Below, piece by piece: positions 22,501-33,903 of a stretch of DNA of 64,000 nucleotides. Source of the DNA: Diplonema japonicum (Eukaryota > Protista > Euglenozoa: Diplonemea); assembly GCA_964019335.1 (NCBI GenBank), contig OZ025702.1, positions 186,001-250,000 of the forward strand, in the 5' to 3' direction. Made by a program: the position numbers and the translations under genes. Each line of letters begins with the position of its first letter. Positions within the stretch are counted from its first letter, which is position 1. Under the pieces are notes generated by a model. That model saw only the letters and a program-made list of their open reading frames with translations, was not told where the DNA came from and ran no database searches.

Positions 22501-23209
22501 ACGAAGGTGGGCGACTACCACGAGTTGGATTATTCTCTGTTTTGGGTGAACCTACGGGAGAACATCGAACTGAGGGTGAAGTCGTACACCCCGCAATTCA
22601 TGCAACACATCAAGGACGGGAAGTGGTTCAGGTTGCATGCGATGCAAGGCGCGTTGGCGGTTACATCGGCAACCCCGTCAGCCTCGATTGCGGTTGTGAA
22701 AGAAGACAGAAAAAACCCGTTACAGATGTGGGCGTTCCAAGCAGTGGTCACAGAGACAGGGCCTGATGGGGACGTGGTGTACGGAAATCTGGTGTGCAAG
22801 GGGAATGATAATCTGATCATTGATGCTGGGAGCAAGGCTGCGTTTAGGAGGAGCTCGTCGCCTGTGTCCCCACAGAAGGGGTCCGAGAGACAACGAACGG
22901 CATCACCAAGGAGAGGAACTGGTGTATGTCTCTGGCCGAAAAACAGAGGGGTATCCGCTTCCAGGTGCGACACGTCGTTGTGGAAAGTCACCCGGTTGGA
23001 TGTATGCAACGCAAAAAAAAGGGGGGGAGGGGAACAAAACAAAAATAACACAGGCCGGGTTGCGACTCGTCGAAATCGAGCTCAAAGGCTTTTCGCAACA
23101 GCGTTTCCTCTCTGTTCTGCCCGACCGCACGACGCAGGCCCTCTCTCGAGGCTTGCCACACAGCACTCCTGGCACTACACATCGGTTCACTGTCAGCCTT
23201 GCTCTTTAA
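19522..23209 (+). CDS. Multidomain protein: Tudor/SH3-like module + metacaspase-like (C14) domain + DUF3089-like alpha/beta-hydrolase + possible ricin-B-like C-terminus; exons 19522-23001, 23054-23209
   Basis: KALFIGIDY...PTRANIL.GLRWLV...GDSLFLSF (metacaspase fold); ADVFFVHPTT...FAPKYRQA...AYEDVKRAF...RPFFVAGHGQGS (DUF3089); intron 23002-23053. Confidence 0.8.
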
Positions 23210-23749
23210 TTTTCTATTTTTTCTTCGCAACGTTTTTTTTTTTTTTTTTTTTTTTTTTCTTTTTCCTTTTTGTACCGCTTCCCTTTCCTTATCCCCTGCT
23301 CCGAAGAAACTCAATGGAGGAAGAAGAAAAAAAAGGGGGGACACTCCCTCGAAGCACGTGTCGTCCTTTTGTTGTACGCCCCCCCCCCCCCCCCCCCCTA
23401 CCGTTCTACCTTTTCCGAAAAAGTTTTTTAGTAAAAAAAAAAAAAAAAAAAAAAAAAAGGTGCAAAGCCCATATTCATAAGAAAGTGGAAGCGTTATCCG
23501 AAAGAAGAAGAAACAGTTACTCCCGTCTCCCCTCCCTCTCTTAATCCAAGAGCAGGTGGAAAAAAAAAAGAAAAAGTGATAAATCCTACTCCGTTGTTGT
23601 GTCTTTCTTTTTTTCTTTTTTCTTTTTTTTTTTTTTTTTTTTTTTTTTTTCCTTTTGAATTGGCTTTTTATTTTCTCTTTTTTTATATGTAAGCCCCAGT
23701 GATCACCATCTCAGGAGGGTCAGCAGGAAGCATGGAATAAGCAAAGGCG

Positions 23750-26625
23750 ATGGATGTCCAAGAAGTCGGAGTGGAAGTGGTCTCAAGAGAGGCTCTTGAA
23801 GGTGTCGTGATGGCACTGGAGTCGCTTCAGAGGGAGAGCGATGGAGCGAAGACGGATGTGGAACAACTGCGAGATGAGTTGGAAGAGGAGAGCCGAACTA
23901 TGTCTTCCTCAAGAGCCATCCGTGAACCTCTTATATGGCAGATAAAGAAGCTCCTCAACATTGATGATACGACGACGGAGTGCACCCGTACAGAGTCGTT
24001 ACTCTCACCGGAGTCCATCCACCCGCAGCCCAGCCCTGTCACACCGTTACTGGAAAGCCCCATCAAAGCAGTTCTCGAAATTTCCGAACCAACAGAAAAA
24101 CCAATGATGCGACAGGTCTCATCCATGGATCCTGTAAAACTCGAGATCAGCGACATCGACGAGACGGAGGCAAAAGAAGATGAGACTGACCCACGGGTGA
24201 GCGAGCCTAGCGACCTTGAACCCAGTGAGGAGCACAACGTAGAGAATAAACTAGATCACCTCTCGTTAGCCGCCTCGGAGGAAGAAGGGAAGAATGAAGC
24301 AACCCCAACCGAAGTAGAGGAGTGGGGAATGCCGAAGGCTGTTGAAGCAAATGAGGTAGATGTAGTAGAAGCACGGGAGGCAGACACAGTGCAAGAAGAG
24401 AGGCAGCAAGCCGTTCATGATGAACCAGCGGTGCTGACACCCACGCCTGTAGTAACGCTACCGCCCACGCCCACATCCACACCCACGCCTGTAGTAACGC
24501 CGACACCTACACCAACATCAACACCTGCAGCTACACCCCCATCCACAGCCAGAGCCTCACCCATGCAGACATCCTCATCTACGCCCACCCACGTTGCGGA
24601 GGCCGCACTGGTGACGAACGATGTGGTGGTGCAAAGGGTCACAGAGGTGCGAAATGAGGTTACGATAACAGAAGTCGCAAAGGTGAAAGAAGTGCTGCAG
24701 ACGGTAGAGAATGTTGCGAAGGAGCAGACGGTGGAGAAGGTGGTGAAAGAGCTGACGGTAGAGAAGGTAGTGCAGGAGCAGACGGTGGAGAAGGTTGCGA
24801 GGGAACAGACGGTGCGATCACCCACGCCCACGCCCACGCCCACGAAAAAGAGACAAGTAGAAGTCCCAGTATTCTCTCCGCAAGCAGAGGAAGTGATGAG
24901 GAAACATAAGCTGCGGCTGGAAAAAGCGAAGGCCAGAGAGAACAACAAAAATGTAGTGCAAGAGCCCGTGGTACTGGACGAGCTAAATAAAGGTGAGAAG
25001 CAGAACGAATATTTACGGCAGCTTCTCGAGCAGCAGAAACAACTGCAGCAAATGATACAGCAAAGGCAGTCGGCGAGGGAGCAAGTGATGCCGCCGCCGA
25101 CCCTACCTGTGAGAAGCACGTCTGAGGCGAGCCTTTCTTCTGTGCCTGTTCGGTTAGAGTTCATCGAGTCGCCCTCGCCACGCCCTGTTCGGATCATTCC
25201 GCCTGCAGCACCGCACCACCCTGTGCCGCAAGTGCGGCGTAACATGCTTAAAGCAGTAGACAGAGAAGGGAAGGCACCCGTCGTCGTTATGACCTCGCAC
25301 ACCCCTTCATCCTCCCCCTCACCCACCAGGGTCAACAGAGGTGTCACTGCACACCCTCGGCGTGTTCCCCAGACAAAGAAGCAGCTCTCGACCTCTCGGT
25401 CCCCTTCACCTCATCGTGCCTCCCCAAAAAGACGCACGTTGTCCACCAGTGCCAAGCCCGTCCCTGGCGCCCCCAACGACAGGCCTCCTTGGAAGGTGGT
25501 CGGAAGGTATGAAGCACATGGGAAAGGAAAAAGGGAGGGCAAACACCATCCTTTACTAATTGCAACTTGAGGTACATCCCCATCCTTGTGTGCGATACCA
25601 AGGGGATGGGAGATTACGCTGCGGGGTATTTTTTTTCAGGTTCCCTTCAAAGACATCTTTTTTTTTTATTGTTATTGTTGTTGTTGTTTCTCTTCTCTCA
25701 TGTTTAAACTATCCTTTACTAATTGCAACTTGAGGTACATCTCCATCCTTGTATGCGATACCAAGGGGATGGGAGATAACAATAGGAAGGGGTACTTGCT
25801 TTCTCCCCATAACCATTCTTTACTAATTGCAACTTGAGGTACATCTCCATCCTTGTGTGCGATACCAAGGGGATGGGAGATTACATGTAGAAACGAAGGG
25901 AACCAACGAAAGGGACAAGGTTATTTTATCTGTTTTTCAGAACGGAACGGAAGCGAGGCTCCAAAAAAGGGAGCATCAAAAGATAGACCCTACTCCCCCC
26001 TAAGGCTATGCATTTTTTGAAAAAAAGGGAAACGGATACGGAAACGGAAACGTTTCCTTATGTTTCCTTAAGAAGGAAGCCGTTTTCATAAGAATTTTGA
26101 AAAGTATGGAAACGGGAACGGAAACGGAAACGTTTCCACGTTTCCTGCCAGCATAGCCCTAAGGGTGGTCCTCAAGTTAAACATCGCCTTTTATTTCCAC
26201 GATTGAACTATCCTTTACTAATTGCAACTTAAGGCAACAGTCCCTCCCCAATGAACCACACCATCCTTTACTAATTGCAACTTGAGGTACATCTCCATCC
26301 TTGTGTGCGATACCAAGGGGATGGGAGATAACATGGCAGGGTACTCAACATAGTTCCCCCCCCCCCTCTCCCTAATGAAAATCACGACAACCACAGAGCG
26401 AGTAGTGCGGGCGAGTTCAGTGATATGGGGTCGGTGGCGAACAACACTTCCCCTGTTCAACGGTCACCAAGCCCAGTTAGAAAGTTTAAGGCAAAACACC
26501 ACCAGTATGCGGGGGGAGGGGAAGGGGAGGGAGAAGAAACTCCACACAGTAACGAGTCCGTAGCCATCACACGCGCAAAATCTCTGAAAAAGCTCTATGG
26601 TTCCCAAGTGCCTAGTTTTTTGTAA
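23750..26625 (+). CDS. Low-complexity Pro/Thr/Ser-rich coiled-coil protein; large intron 25507-26396 and probable intron 26505-26549
   Basis: 586-codon first exon; GT at 25507 and CAG at 26396 join in phase to the 26425-26625 ORF. Confidence 0.65.
25548..26329. repeat. Intronic array of a 67-bp hairpin-forming repeat (25548-25614, 25711-25777, 25815-25881, 26263-26329; partial 26210-26230)
   Basis: Consensus ATCCTTTACTAATTGCAACTTGAGGTACATCTCCATCCTTGTGTGCGATACCAAGGGGATGGGAGAT; each full copy differs from it at no more than one position; spacers are unrelated. Confidence 0.9.
26001..26161. mobile_element. Small MITE-like element in intron
   Basis: Imperfect terminal inverted repeats TAAGGCTATGC / GCATAGCCCTA; two internal GGAAACGGAAACGTTTCC motifs; no clear TSD. 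Confidence 0.5.
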
Positions 26626-26750
26626 AAAAGCAGGGGGAAAAAAAAAGGAGAGGGGAGAAAAAAAAAGGGGGGGGGGGGAATGGTAGAAAGAAAAAAAAAG
26701 TACCACTCCCGTTTTTTTTTTTTTTTTTTACCTCTGTTGTATGTTTACCC

Positions 26751-26781
<31 letters not shown>

Positions 26782-26826
26782 CAATCTCCAAATCTTTTTC
26801 AAAGAGGGGGGGGAGGGGAGGGGGGA

Positions 26827-27570
26827 ATGTTACGAAAAGCGCTGCAGACCAGGCGGCTAACGTCAACACTCGGCGCGCATAGGTCGCACGTTATAAAATT
26901 AGAAAGCACAGCGGATATAAGTTTACTCGACACATGCATCGCGGAAGGGGTTGCAGAGAATGATATTTTAAGCCAGTGGGTGTACGTTCCCATGGAATGC
27001 GGGGGTGTGCTCAGCGGCCTGAAGAAACAAGGCTTCGAATACCACCACGCGGAAAAGAGCACTGGTGTAGTGATGCGGTGGCTCGGGGCTGGCGCGAGCA
27101 AAGTTCCCGACTACGCCACCCACAGAGTAGGGGTGGCTGGTATGGTTGTCAGAGAAGACGGTAATGTCCTGCTTGTCAAAGAACGGAAAGGAAAATACTG
27201 GAAGCTCCCTGGCGGTCATGCTGACCTGGGGGAAACTATACCGCAGACAGCTGTTCGAGAAGTCTTTGAAGAAACCGGTATCAAAACTGAGTTCAAATCT
27301 ATTCTTGCCTTCCGTCACTCCCACGGGCTTTCACACGGTAGATCAGATCTCTACTTTGTCTGCCTTCTGTCCCCTCTCTCCACCACCATAGTTCGCTGTC
27401 CTCAGGAGCTCTCCGACGCAGCATGGTTGCCCCCTTCTACATTGTCAGAGAACCCATCTGAGTTGAACCGTGCCTTAGCACACGCGCACACCTTCCGAGA
27501 AGTAGACCTTTATGAGCAAACACATCTTATCACGGGCTTGCCTTCAAACTTGTACTATGCCAAGAAATGA
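26827..27570 (+). CDS. Nudix hydrolase, NUDT6/plant NUDT8-like, probably mitochondrial
   Basis: Nudix box GGHADLGETIPQTAVREVFEETG; GFEYHHA, PDYATHRVGV and SDLYFVC. Confidence 0.9.
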   Translation: MLRKALQTRRLTSTLGAHRSHVIKLESTADISLLDTCIAEGVAENDILSQWVYVPMECGGVLSGLKKQGFEYHHAEKSTGVVMRWLGAGASKVPDYATHRVGVAGMVVREDGNVLLVKERKGKYWKLPGGHADLGETIPQTAVREVFEETGIKTEFKSILAFRHSHGLSHGRSDLYFVCLLSPLSTTIVRCPQELSDAAWLPPSTLSENPSELNRALAHAHTFREVDLYEQTHLITGLPSNLYYAKK

Positions 27571-28080
27571 TTCGAGGAAGGAAGAGAGAAAAAAAGAAAA
27601 AAAAAAAAAGAAAAGGAGAATAATAAAAAGGGAGGGTGGGTTCAATTTTCTGTCATACCGACCCTTTCGTCATCTCCCCTTTGTATCATTAGGAGAAAGG
27701 TTTGTGTAAAGAAAGAAAAGAAAAAGGAAGAAAAAAAAAAGGGGGGAGGGAGGGGAGTGAATAGAAATTCATTTTTTATCTTGGAGGGGGGTGGTTGCAT
27801 TCCCCCCCCCTGTTCCTCCCCTCCCCCCGTTCTTTTTTTTTTCTTCTATTGGTTTGTTTCTCGTTGTTCCGATGGCACCTTTTGCAAGCGCTCATCGTCA
27901 CTGTGACCTTCTCGATGAAGCTCCGCCATGCCTTCCATCTGCTTCACTTGTGCTGATGCTCCTTCGGTATGTGGGGGCGTATCAGCCATGTCATCCGTCT
28001 GATGGTAAGGGCCAGCTCGGGGTGGTCCATCCGACGTTCAAGAAAAAAAAAAAAAAAAAAGAAAACAAAAAAAAAAAAAA

Positions 28081-29273
28081 ATGTCACGCGACTATAGCAG
28101 CATCCCCCCCCCGCCAATGGAGAAATTCGAGAGAGCAGAAAAATTCCGGTACGATACGACAATAAAAGAACCGAGGTATTTAGAAAACCCCACTTTTTTT
28201 TCTTCTTTTTTTTTCTTCTTTGTAACCCCCCCCCCCCCCCCCCCCTTCCCTCCTTTCCCTCTTACAGCAGGAGGTGGCAACGCGAAGACACGATAGTTTG
28301 CTGGACCCCGCAACCTGTGGGGAAGGGGGGCATGCGGGATTGCTACCTGGTATGGGAGGCTGACGAAAACCTCGGCCGGCCGACACAAATGATCGGGAAG
28401 GTGTTCCAGCAAGACGTGAAGGCCACGCTAGAAGACTACATGAACGAAGCCATCACACAGTGCGTGGCAGACACCTTCGCACAGGCCTACAACAAACAGG
28501 GCGTCGAGCATAAAGTCTCTTTCCTAGCCTGCTACGTGGTGATCATGTCGAAACGGGGGCCCAACGGTGAAAAAACGGTCTTCACGATGGAACCGATGCT
28601 GCGAGGCATCTACGAAAAGCACAACAACAACGTCGGGCAGACCTTCACAGATAACCCGACTGCTGATGCGTTCTCTCATTTCACATACGGGCACTCTGGG
28701 AACAAACTGTTAGTCTGCGATCTACAGGGTGTTGGGGGGATGTACACGGATCCTCAAATCCATTCCTTATCAAGTGGTGACGAATTCGGGCTGGGAAACC
28801 TTGGGGCAGAAGGGATTCGAAAATGGGTAGCTTCACATAAATGCGGGCCTCTTTGCACCGCAATGGACCTGCAGCCGTTTTCGCATACCCCCTCTCCTGC
28901 AAGGCGGGGTGCTGCTCCTAAGGCCCCACCACCACGCTCTGGTGGGCCCGTGCCTCCTCCCCAGCTTGGTCCTCAAATACCCATAAACCACAATCAGATG
29001 GTGCAAGAAATGGCTAACACGTTCAGACGGGCTTCGTCACACCATCACATTCAACGCCAGCCGACGGTCCCAGCGGGGCAGCAACACCAAGCCGAGAGAG
29101 TATCGTCTGAGCGGGACATCGACAAGGCTATAAAGGAATCGTTGATGCTTGAACAAAGGAGAAACCTGCTGGAACAGGTATGGAAGGGGGGGGGAAAGAA
29201 AAAAAGAAAAATGCAGCAACGTGAGCAGGAGCTTCTTAAAAAAGTCATGACGCTGTCGCTTCAAGAAACGTGA
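28081..29273 (+). CDS. Alpha-kinase (eEF2K/MHCK family) with C-terminal UIM-like motifs; exons 28081-28175, 28268-29177, 29217-29273
   Basis: GKGGMRDCY, YEKHNNN, AFSHFTY, LLVCDLQGVG.MYTDPQIH, GLGNLG.EGI..W...H.C..LC. Confidence 0.9.
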
Positions 29274-29822
29274 TGGGATGAGGGGGGATAAAAAAAAAAA
29301 GGATAAGACTAGGTAACAATAAAAAAAGGTTTTTTATTTTTTATTTTTTGCATCTTGGTGTGTGTTGTAATTTTGTTTTTTTTGTTTTTGTTTTCCCCAG
29401 AATAGATTTCTTTGAAGAGAAAAAAAAAAAGGAAAGAAAGAAAAAAAAAGTGGGGGAAACAGGCAGCCGGATATAAAACAGGGGGGGGGGGGGGGGGGGG
29501 GCGAAAGAAAGAAATCGTGAATAAGAAAGGAACAAAAGAGAATGCCCAACAAAGAAGAAAAAAATGAAACTGAAAAGAAAAAAGGAAACACTCTCCCATC
29601 ATGGCGCTATTTTGATTTTAAGTAACTCTACATATGCTCGCGAGCGTACCTTTGGAGATGGTGAAAAAAAAAAAAAAAAAAAAAAAAAAAAGGAAAAAAA
29701 AATGGATGAATCACGTGATGGCAGAGTTTTGATGAGTGGGGGTAAGTCAGAACATGCCAACCACAAAAGTGAAAATCAAGTTTTATATTAGCCAAGTGCG
29801 TTGCTTTAATTTGGAAAGAAGG

Positions 29823-29860
<38 letters not shown>

Positions 29861-31284
29861 CAAACGTCTGGCACTTGCATGTGCATGCGTAGGAGTGTGA
29901 ATTGCATTCATGTGGTCAATTATTCATAATTTGTCCATGGGTCTTGTGTACCAGAAAAAAATTTTTTTCTACTTCTTTAGAAGCGACCCCTTCTTTCGCT
30001 TCAGATCTACTACTCGATGGTTAATTTACACCATTCCTGTACTCCTAGGTGTTGAGGGGTCAGAATTTTCTCTAAAAGCCCTGGATAAATATAAAAGTAA
30101 AAAGTAAACATAACTGGCCATGTGTATAAACGTCGTTACAGAGCTGCGCAGCCCTGACACCCCCTTGACAATTCTTTTTTTTTTTAACTCTTGCCGAGGA
30201 ACTGGGGGAGAATGAAAAAAAAGGTGGGGAGCAAAGGAGAAGGGAAAAAAAAAAGAGGGGAAAAAAAAAAGAAAAGAGAATAGAGGACCGAACAACTCCC
30301 CTCCCTCCCCCGCTTTGTGGTTGTTTTCCTTTTCCTTTTCCTTTTCTTTTTACTTTTTTTTTCTTTTTTTTCTTTTTTCTTTTTTATATACACTCATTTT
30401 ATTTTGTCCGCCCCTTTTCTCTCCCTCCCTCCTCCCGTTCATGCTTTCCATCTCTTTTTTTTTTTTTTTTTTTTTTTTCTTCAAGATCTGTCATCCTGAA
30501 GAAAAGAAGGTGAAGGGAAAGAGAATAACAAGACTCGAAATTGTAAACCTCTTTAGCCAATATCTGAAGGATAAAAAAAAAAGAAAGAAGCAATAAGACA
30601 GGCATTAGAAGAAGAAAAAAAAAAGAAAAGGAAGAAGGGGGAAAGCTGGAGGGGGATTAAGAGGTGGCACAATAGACAAAGAATGACTTCAAAATTCTTC
30701 TTTTCTATTTATTTTGGGGAATGTTGGAATCGCGCCTTCCCCCCCCCTTTTTTTCTTCTTTTTTTTTCTTCCCTTCTTCTTTTAGCACACTACAGCCTAT
30801 TTTGGTCCTTATTTTACTTTTCTTTTGCAGAACTTAATAAGTAATCGAGAGAGGCTGAATGTGAGAAGTTTTTTAAAGGAGGAGTAGGAAAAAGAAAAGA
30901 AAATAGAAGGGGGGAAAGGAGTGTGCATTTTTTATTTTTCTTCCTTTCTTTTCTTTTTTTTTTTCCTTCTTTCTCGAAAACTTGCTCCCCTCCCCACCCT
31001 TCCCCATATTTCCATTATTGTAGTTCAGGTTTTAGTAGGTTTTTCTTTTTTTTTTCTTTTTCTTTTTTTTTTTTTCTTTTTTTCTTCCATTCAATCTCTA
31101 CCCTCCTCGCTTCCCACCCATTCGCTTTGTGGCAAGGAAAGATTCAATAAAAAAAAAAAATAAAAATTTTTTTAGGAAAAAAAAAGGAAGGAAAATATCT
31201 ATTGTTGTGCTTCTATCCTCTCAAACAAAACCTCTCCCTATTAAAAAAAAAAGAAAGGGGGTAAAAAAAAAAAAAAAAAAAAAA

Positions 31285-33774
31285 ATGGCACAAGCGATGC
31301 AGCTCAGCGACGCCCAGCAAGCTGTGAAGCAGCAGTGCCGGGATTTCTTCCGAAACGACGAAGAAGGGAGCAAAAAGTACGCGAAGAAAGTGGAGAATCT
31401 TCTAAACGGAAAAAACACAAGGCTGATAATGGACATCCAAGACCTCCATGCGTACGGCGGCGTCGAAGGCGAACCAGGATCGGATCTGGGACACCAAATC
31501 CTTTTATCCCCACAAGAGTACCTCCGCTTCCTCGACGAGGCGCTGCAAGAGGTCGTTGACCACAAGGACTACGTAAAACACGACATCAACACCAGCGCTC
31601 TACATGTTGGCCTGGAAGGCTATTTCGGGAGATTCCAAGTCAGCCCAAGAGAGCTTGGCGCATGGCATCTAAACAAATTAGTCTGCTTAGATGGAGTCGT
31701 GACACGAACGAGCGCAAACATCGCCAAAATCACAAAATCAGTTCATTGGAACGAATCGAAAAACTCCTTCATGGAGAGATCGTACCGGGACCAGCTTTCT
31801 GCTGAGATCGACGACACGCTCCTCCCCACTGTGAACATCATGCCGAAGAGAGACATTGACAACAATATTCTTCGAACCGAACATGGTCTCTGTACCTACA
31901 CCGATATGCAGACTCTTGTTTTGCAAGAACGACCAGAAAAGGCTCCTGTAGGTTCGCTTCCACGTTCTGTTGAGGTTCGTTTAGAAAACGATCTTGTTGA
32001 TAAGTGCAAACCCGGCGATCGTGCGAAGATCATCGGCATCTACATGCCGTACACGCAGAACGGGAAGGAGTTCTGCACGATCCTTGTCGCCAACCACATC
32101 ATCCTAATCGACCTCAAGGAGCAGCAGGATGAGGAGCTGCTCGAGGCAGACGTTGACGCGATTAAAATGTTCTCCAAAAAAGAAAACATCTTTGACATGC
32201 TGTCCTCCGCGGTCGCCCCGTCCATCTTCGGACACAGGCAGATCAAAGAAGCCATCGTCCTCATGATGCTCGGCGGTGTCGAGCACGACATCGACAACCA
32301 CCACCACATCAGGGGCGACATTCATCTACTCCTCGTCGGAGAACCCGCAACGGCAAAATCGCAATTATTAAGATTCGTCATGAAGCTGGCACCCTTCTCG
32401 TTAAGCACTACAGGAAAAGGAAGCAGCGGTGTCGGTTTAACAGGCGCGGTTGTCGTGGACCCTGACACAGGAGAGAAAAGCCTTGCAGCAGGTGCAATGG
32501 TTCTCGCCGATAGGGGAGTGCTGTGCATTGATGAGTTCGACAAGATGTCCGATGCAGACAGAGTCGCCATGCACGAAGCTATGGAGCAAGGCAGCGTCAC
32601 CATTGCCAAGGCAGGTATTCAAGCAACGTTGAACGGACGGTGTTCTGTGGTGGCTGCTGCCAATCCTGTCTACGGGTTCTACGCGGTGACGCACTCTGTT
32701 GCTTTTAACATTGGACTGCCCGAGTCGCTTCTCTCCCGTTTCGACCTTCTCTTCATCGTTCTTGACGACAAGTCCTCGCAGTGGACACGCAACGTCGCGG
32801 ACCACGTTCTTCAAAACCACCGCACGGGTCTTGGGATCACCATCGGAACAGATCTTGACAACGAATCCGCGATGGCCAACTCTTCCTCGACACAGCGTAG
32901 GGTGAAACAGGTCAAAGTGTACCACACCAACAACCCTTACGAAACGGGGAAAAAAGGGAAGGCGAAGAAGCTCATTACGGTCGAGTTCCTGCGGATGTAC
33001 CTTCAGTACGCCAAGAGGATGAAACCACAGCTTTCGGAGGAGGCGAGGGAAAAGATCGAGGAACACTGGCTGACGTTGCGAAAGGAACAAACGCTGCAGG
33101 AAAACGAAGGCACCTCTGCCATCTACATCAATCCCAGAACGTTGGAGTGCTTGGTAAGGCTGTCCACTGCACACGCAAAGGTATGTCTTGCAAGAAGAAA
33201 AACATGACAACAACACAGTGTCGGCTGAGTAAGATTGTAGAGGAGGACGATGTTGACGTGGCAATCAGGCTGCTGCGTCATGCGGTCAACGCGAGGACGG
33301 AGGCAGTGGAGTCGAGAAAGATGGAGAAAAAAGCTATGGAAGGAGGTGAAGAAGAAGATAAAGAACTTGCGAAGCCGACACCTGCTGAGCCCTCCGATCC
33401 GGAAGCAAAACGACGGAAGAAAGACACCGCTTCTGACGCACCCTCAAGTCAGCCTAAAGCCCCCAGCACCGAGCAGACTACCGAAGTCATTAAAGCAGCC
33501 ACAACTGTGGCAACCTCCGATCTCACCAAACAAGAAGGCCAGCTATCTCTCTCCTCGTTCCTCTCAAAGGTCAAAAGGCTTCTCCTAACGAACCAGCACC
33601 CTTCATGGCCAGGACGGGATCCCACAGAGCAAGAAATCCAAAAGACCATTCAGGTATCATCAAGAAAAAAAAAGGGGGGGGGGAAATCATTTTACGTTCA
33701 CCACCACCCCCTCACAGGTCATCCAAAACGAAGGCCTTATTATGGTAGTCGACGGTGTTGTGTTTATCCTATAG
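31285..33774 (+). CDS. MCM3: DNA replication licensing factor MCM3; exons 31285-33180, 33219-33653, 33718-33774
   Basis: IRGDIHLLLVGEPATAKSQLLR, TTGKGSSGVGLT, LADRGVLCIDEFDKMS, SLLSRFDL and RTLECLVRLSTAHAK; the Walker A variant fits MCM3. Confidence 0.9.
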
Positions 33775-33903
33775 AAACTAGAAACACCATCTTAGAGTTG
33801 TTATTCTTTTTTTTTTTTTTTTTTTCCCTTCTCCTTCATCCTTCTCGCAGTTGTATATCTATAGTCCAGGACGGGGGAAAGAAAAGGGGAGGCGGGGGGG
33901 AAA

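Noticed and set aside
23054-23544. C-terminal extension of the 1366-aa ORF
   Set aside because: It runs into homopolymer sequence; a GT-AG intron at 23002-23053 gives a more plausible end at 23209.
24415-25347. Long minus-strand ORFs such as this 310-aa one (also 32437-33264, 54241-55008, 56584-57363)
   Set aside because: They are antisense shadows of plus-strand coding regions.
25548-26329. CRISPR array interpretation of the repeat-spacer pattern
   Set aside because: Eukaryotic intron, 67-bp repeats, very uneven low-complexity spacers and no cas genes.
27870-28040. Possible C/D snoRNA boxes (GATGA...CTGA) in a complex intergenic stretch
   Set aside because: No canonical RTGATGA box, terminal stem or recognisable rRNA antisense element.
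29309-31163. Many short Phe/Lys/Pro/Gly-rich ORFs here and in other spacers
   Set aside because: These are translations of homopolymer runs with no coding signal.
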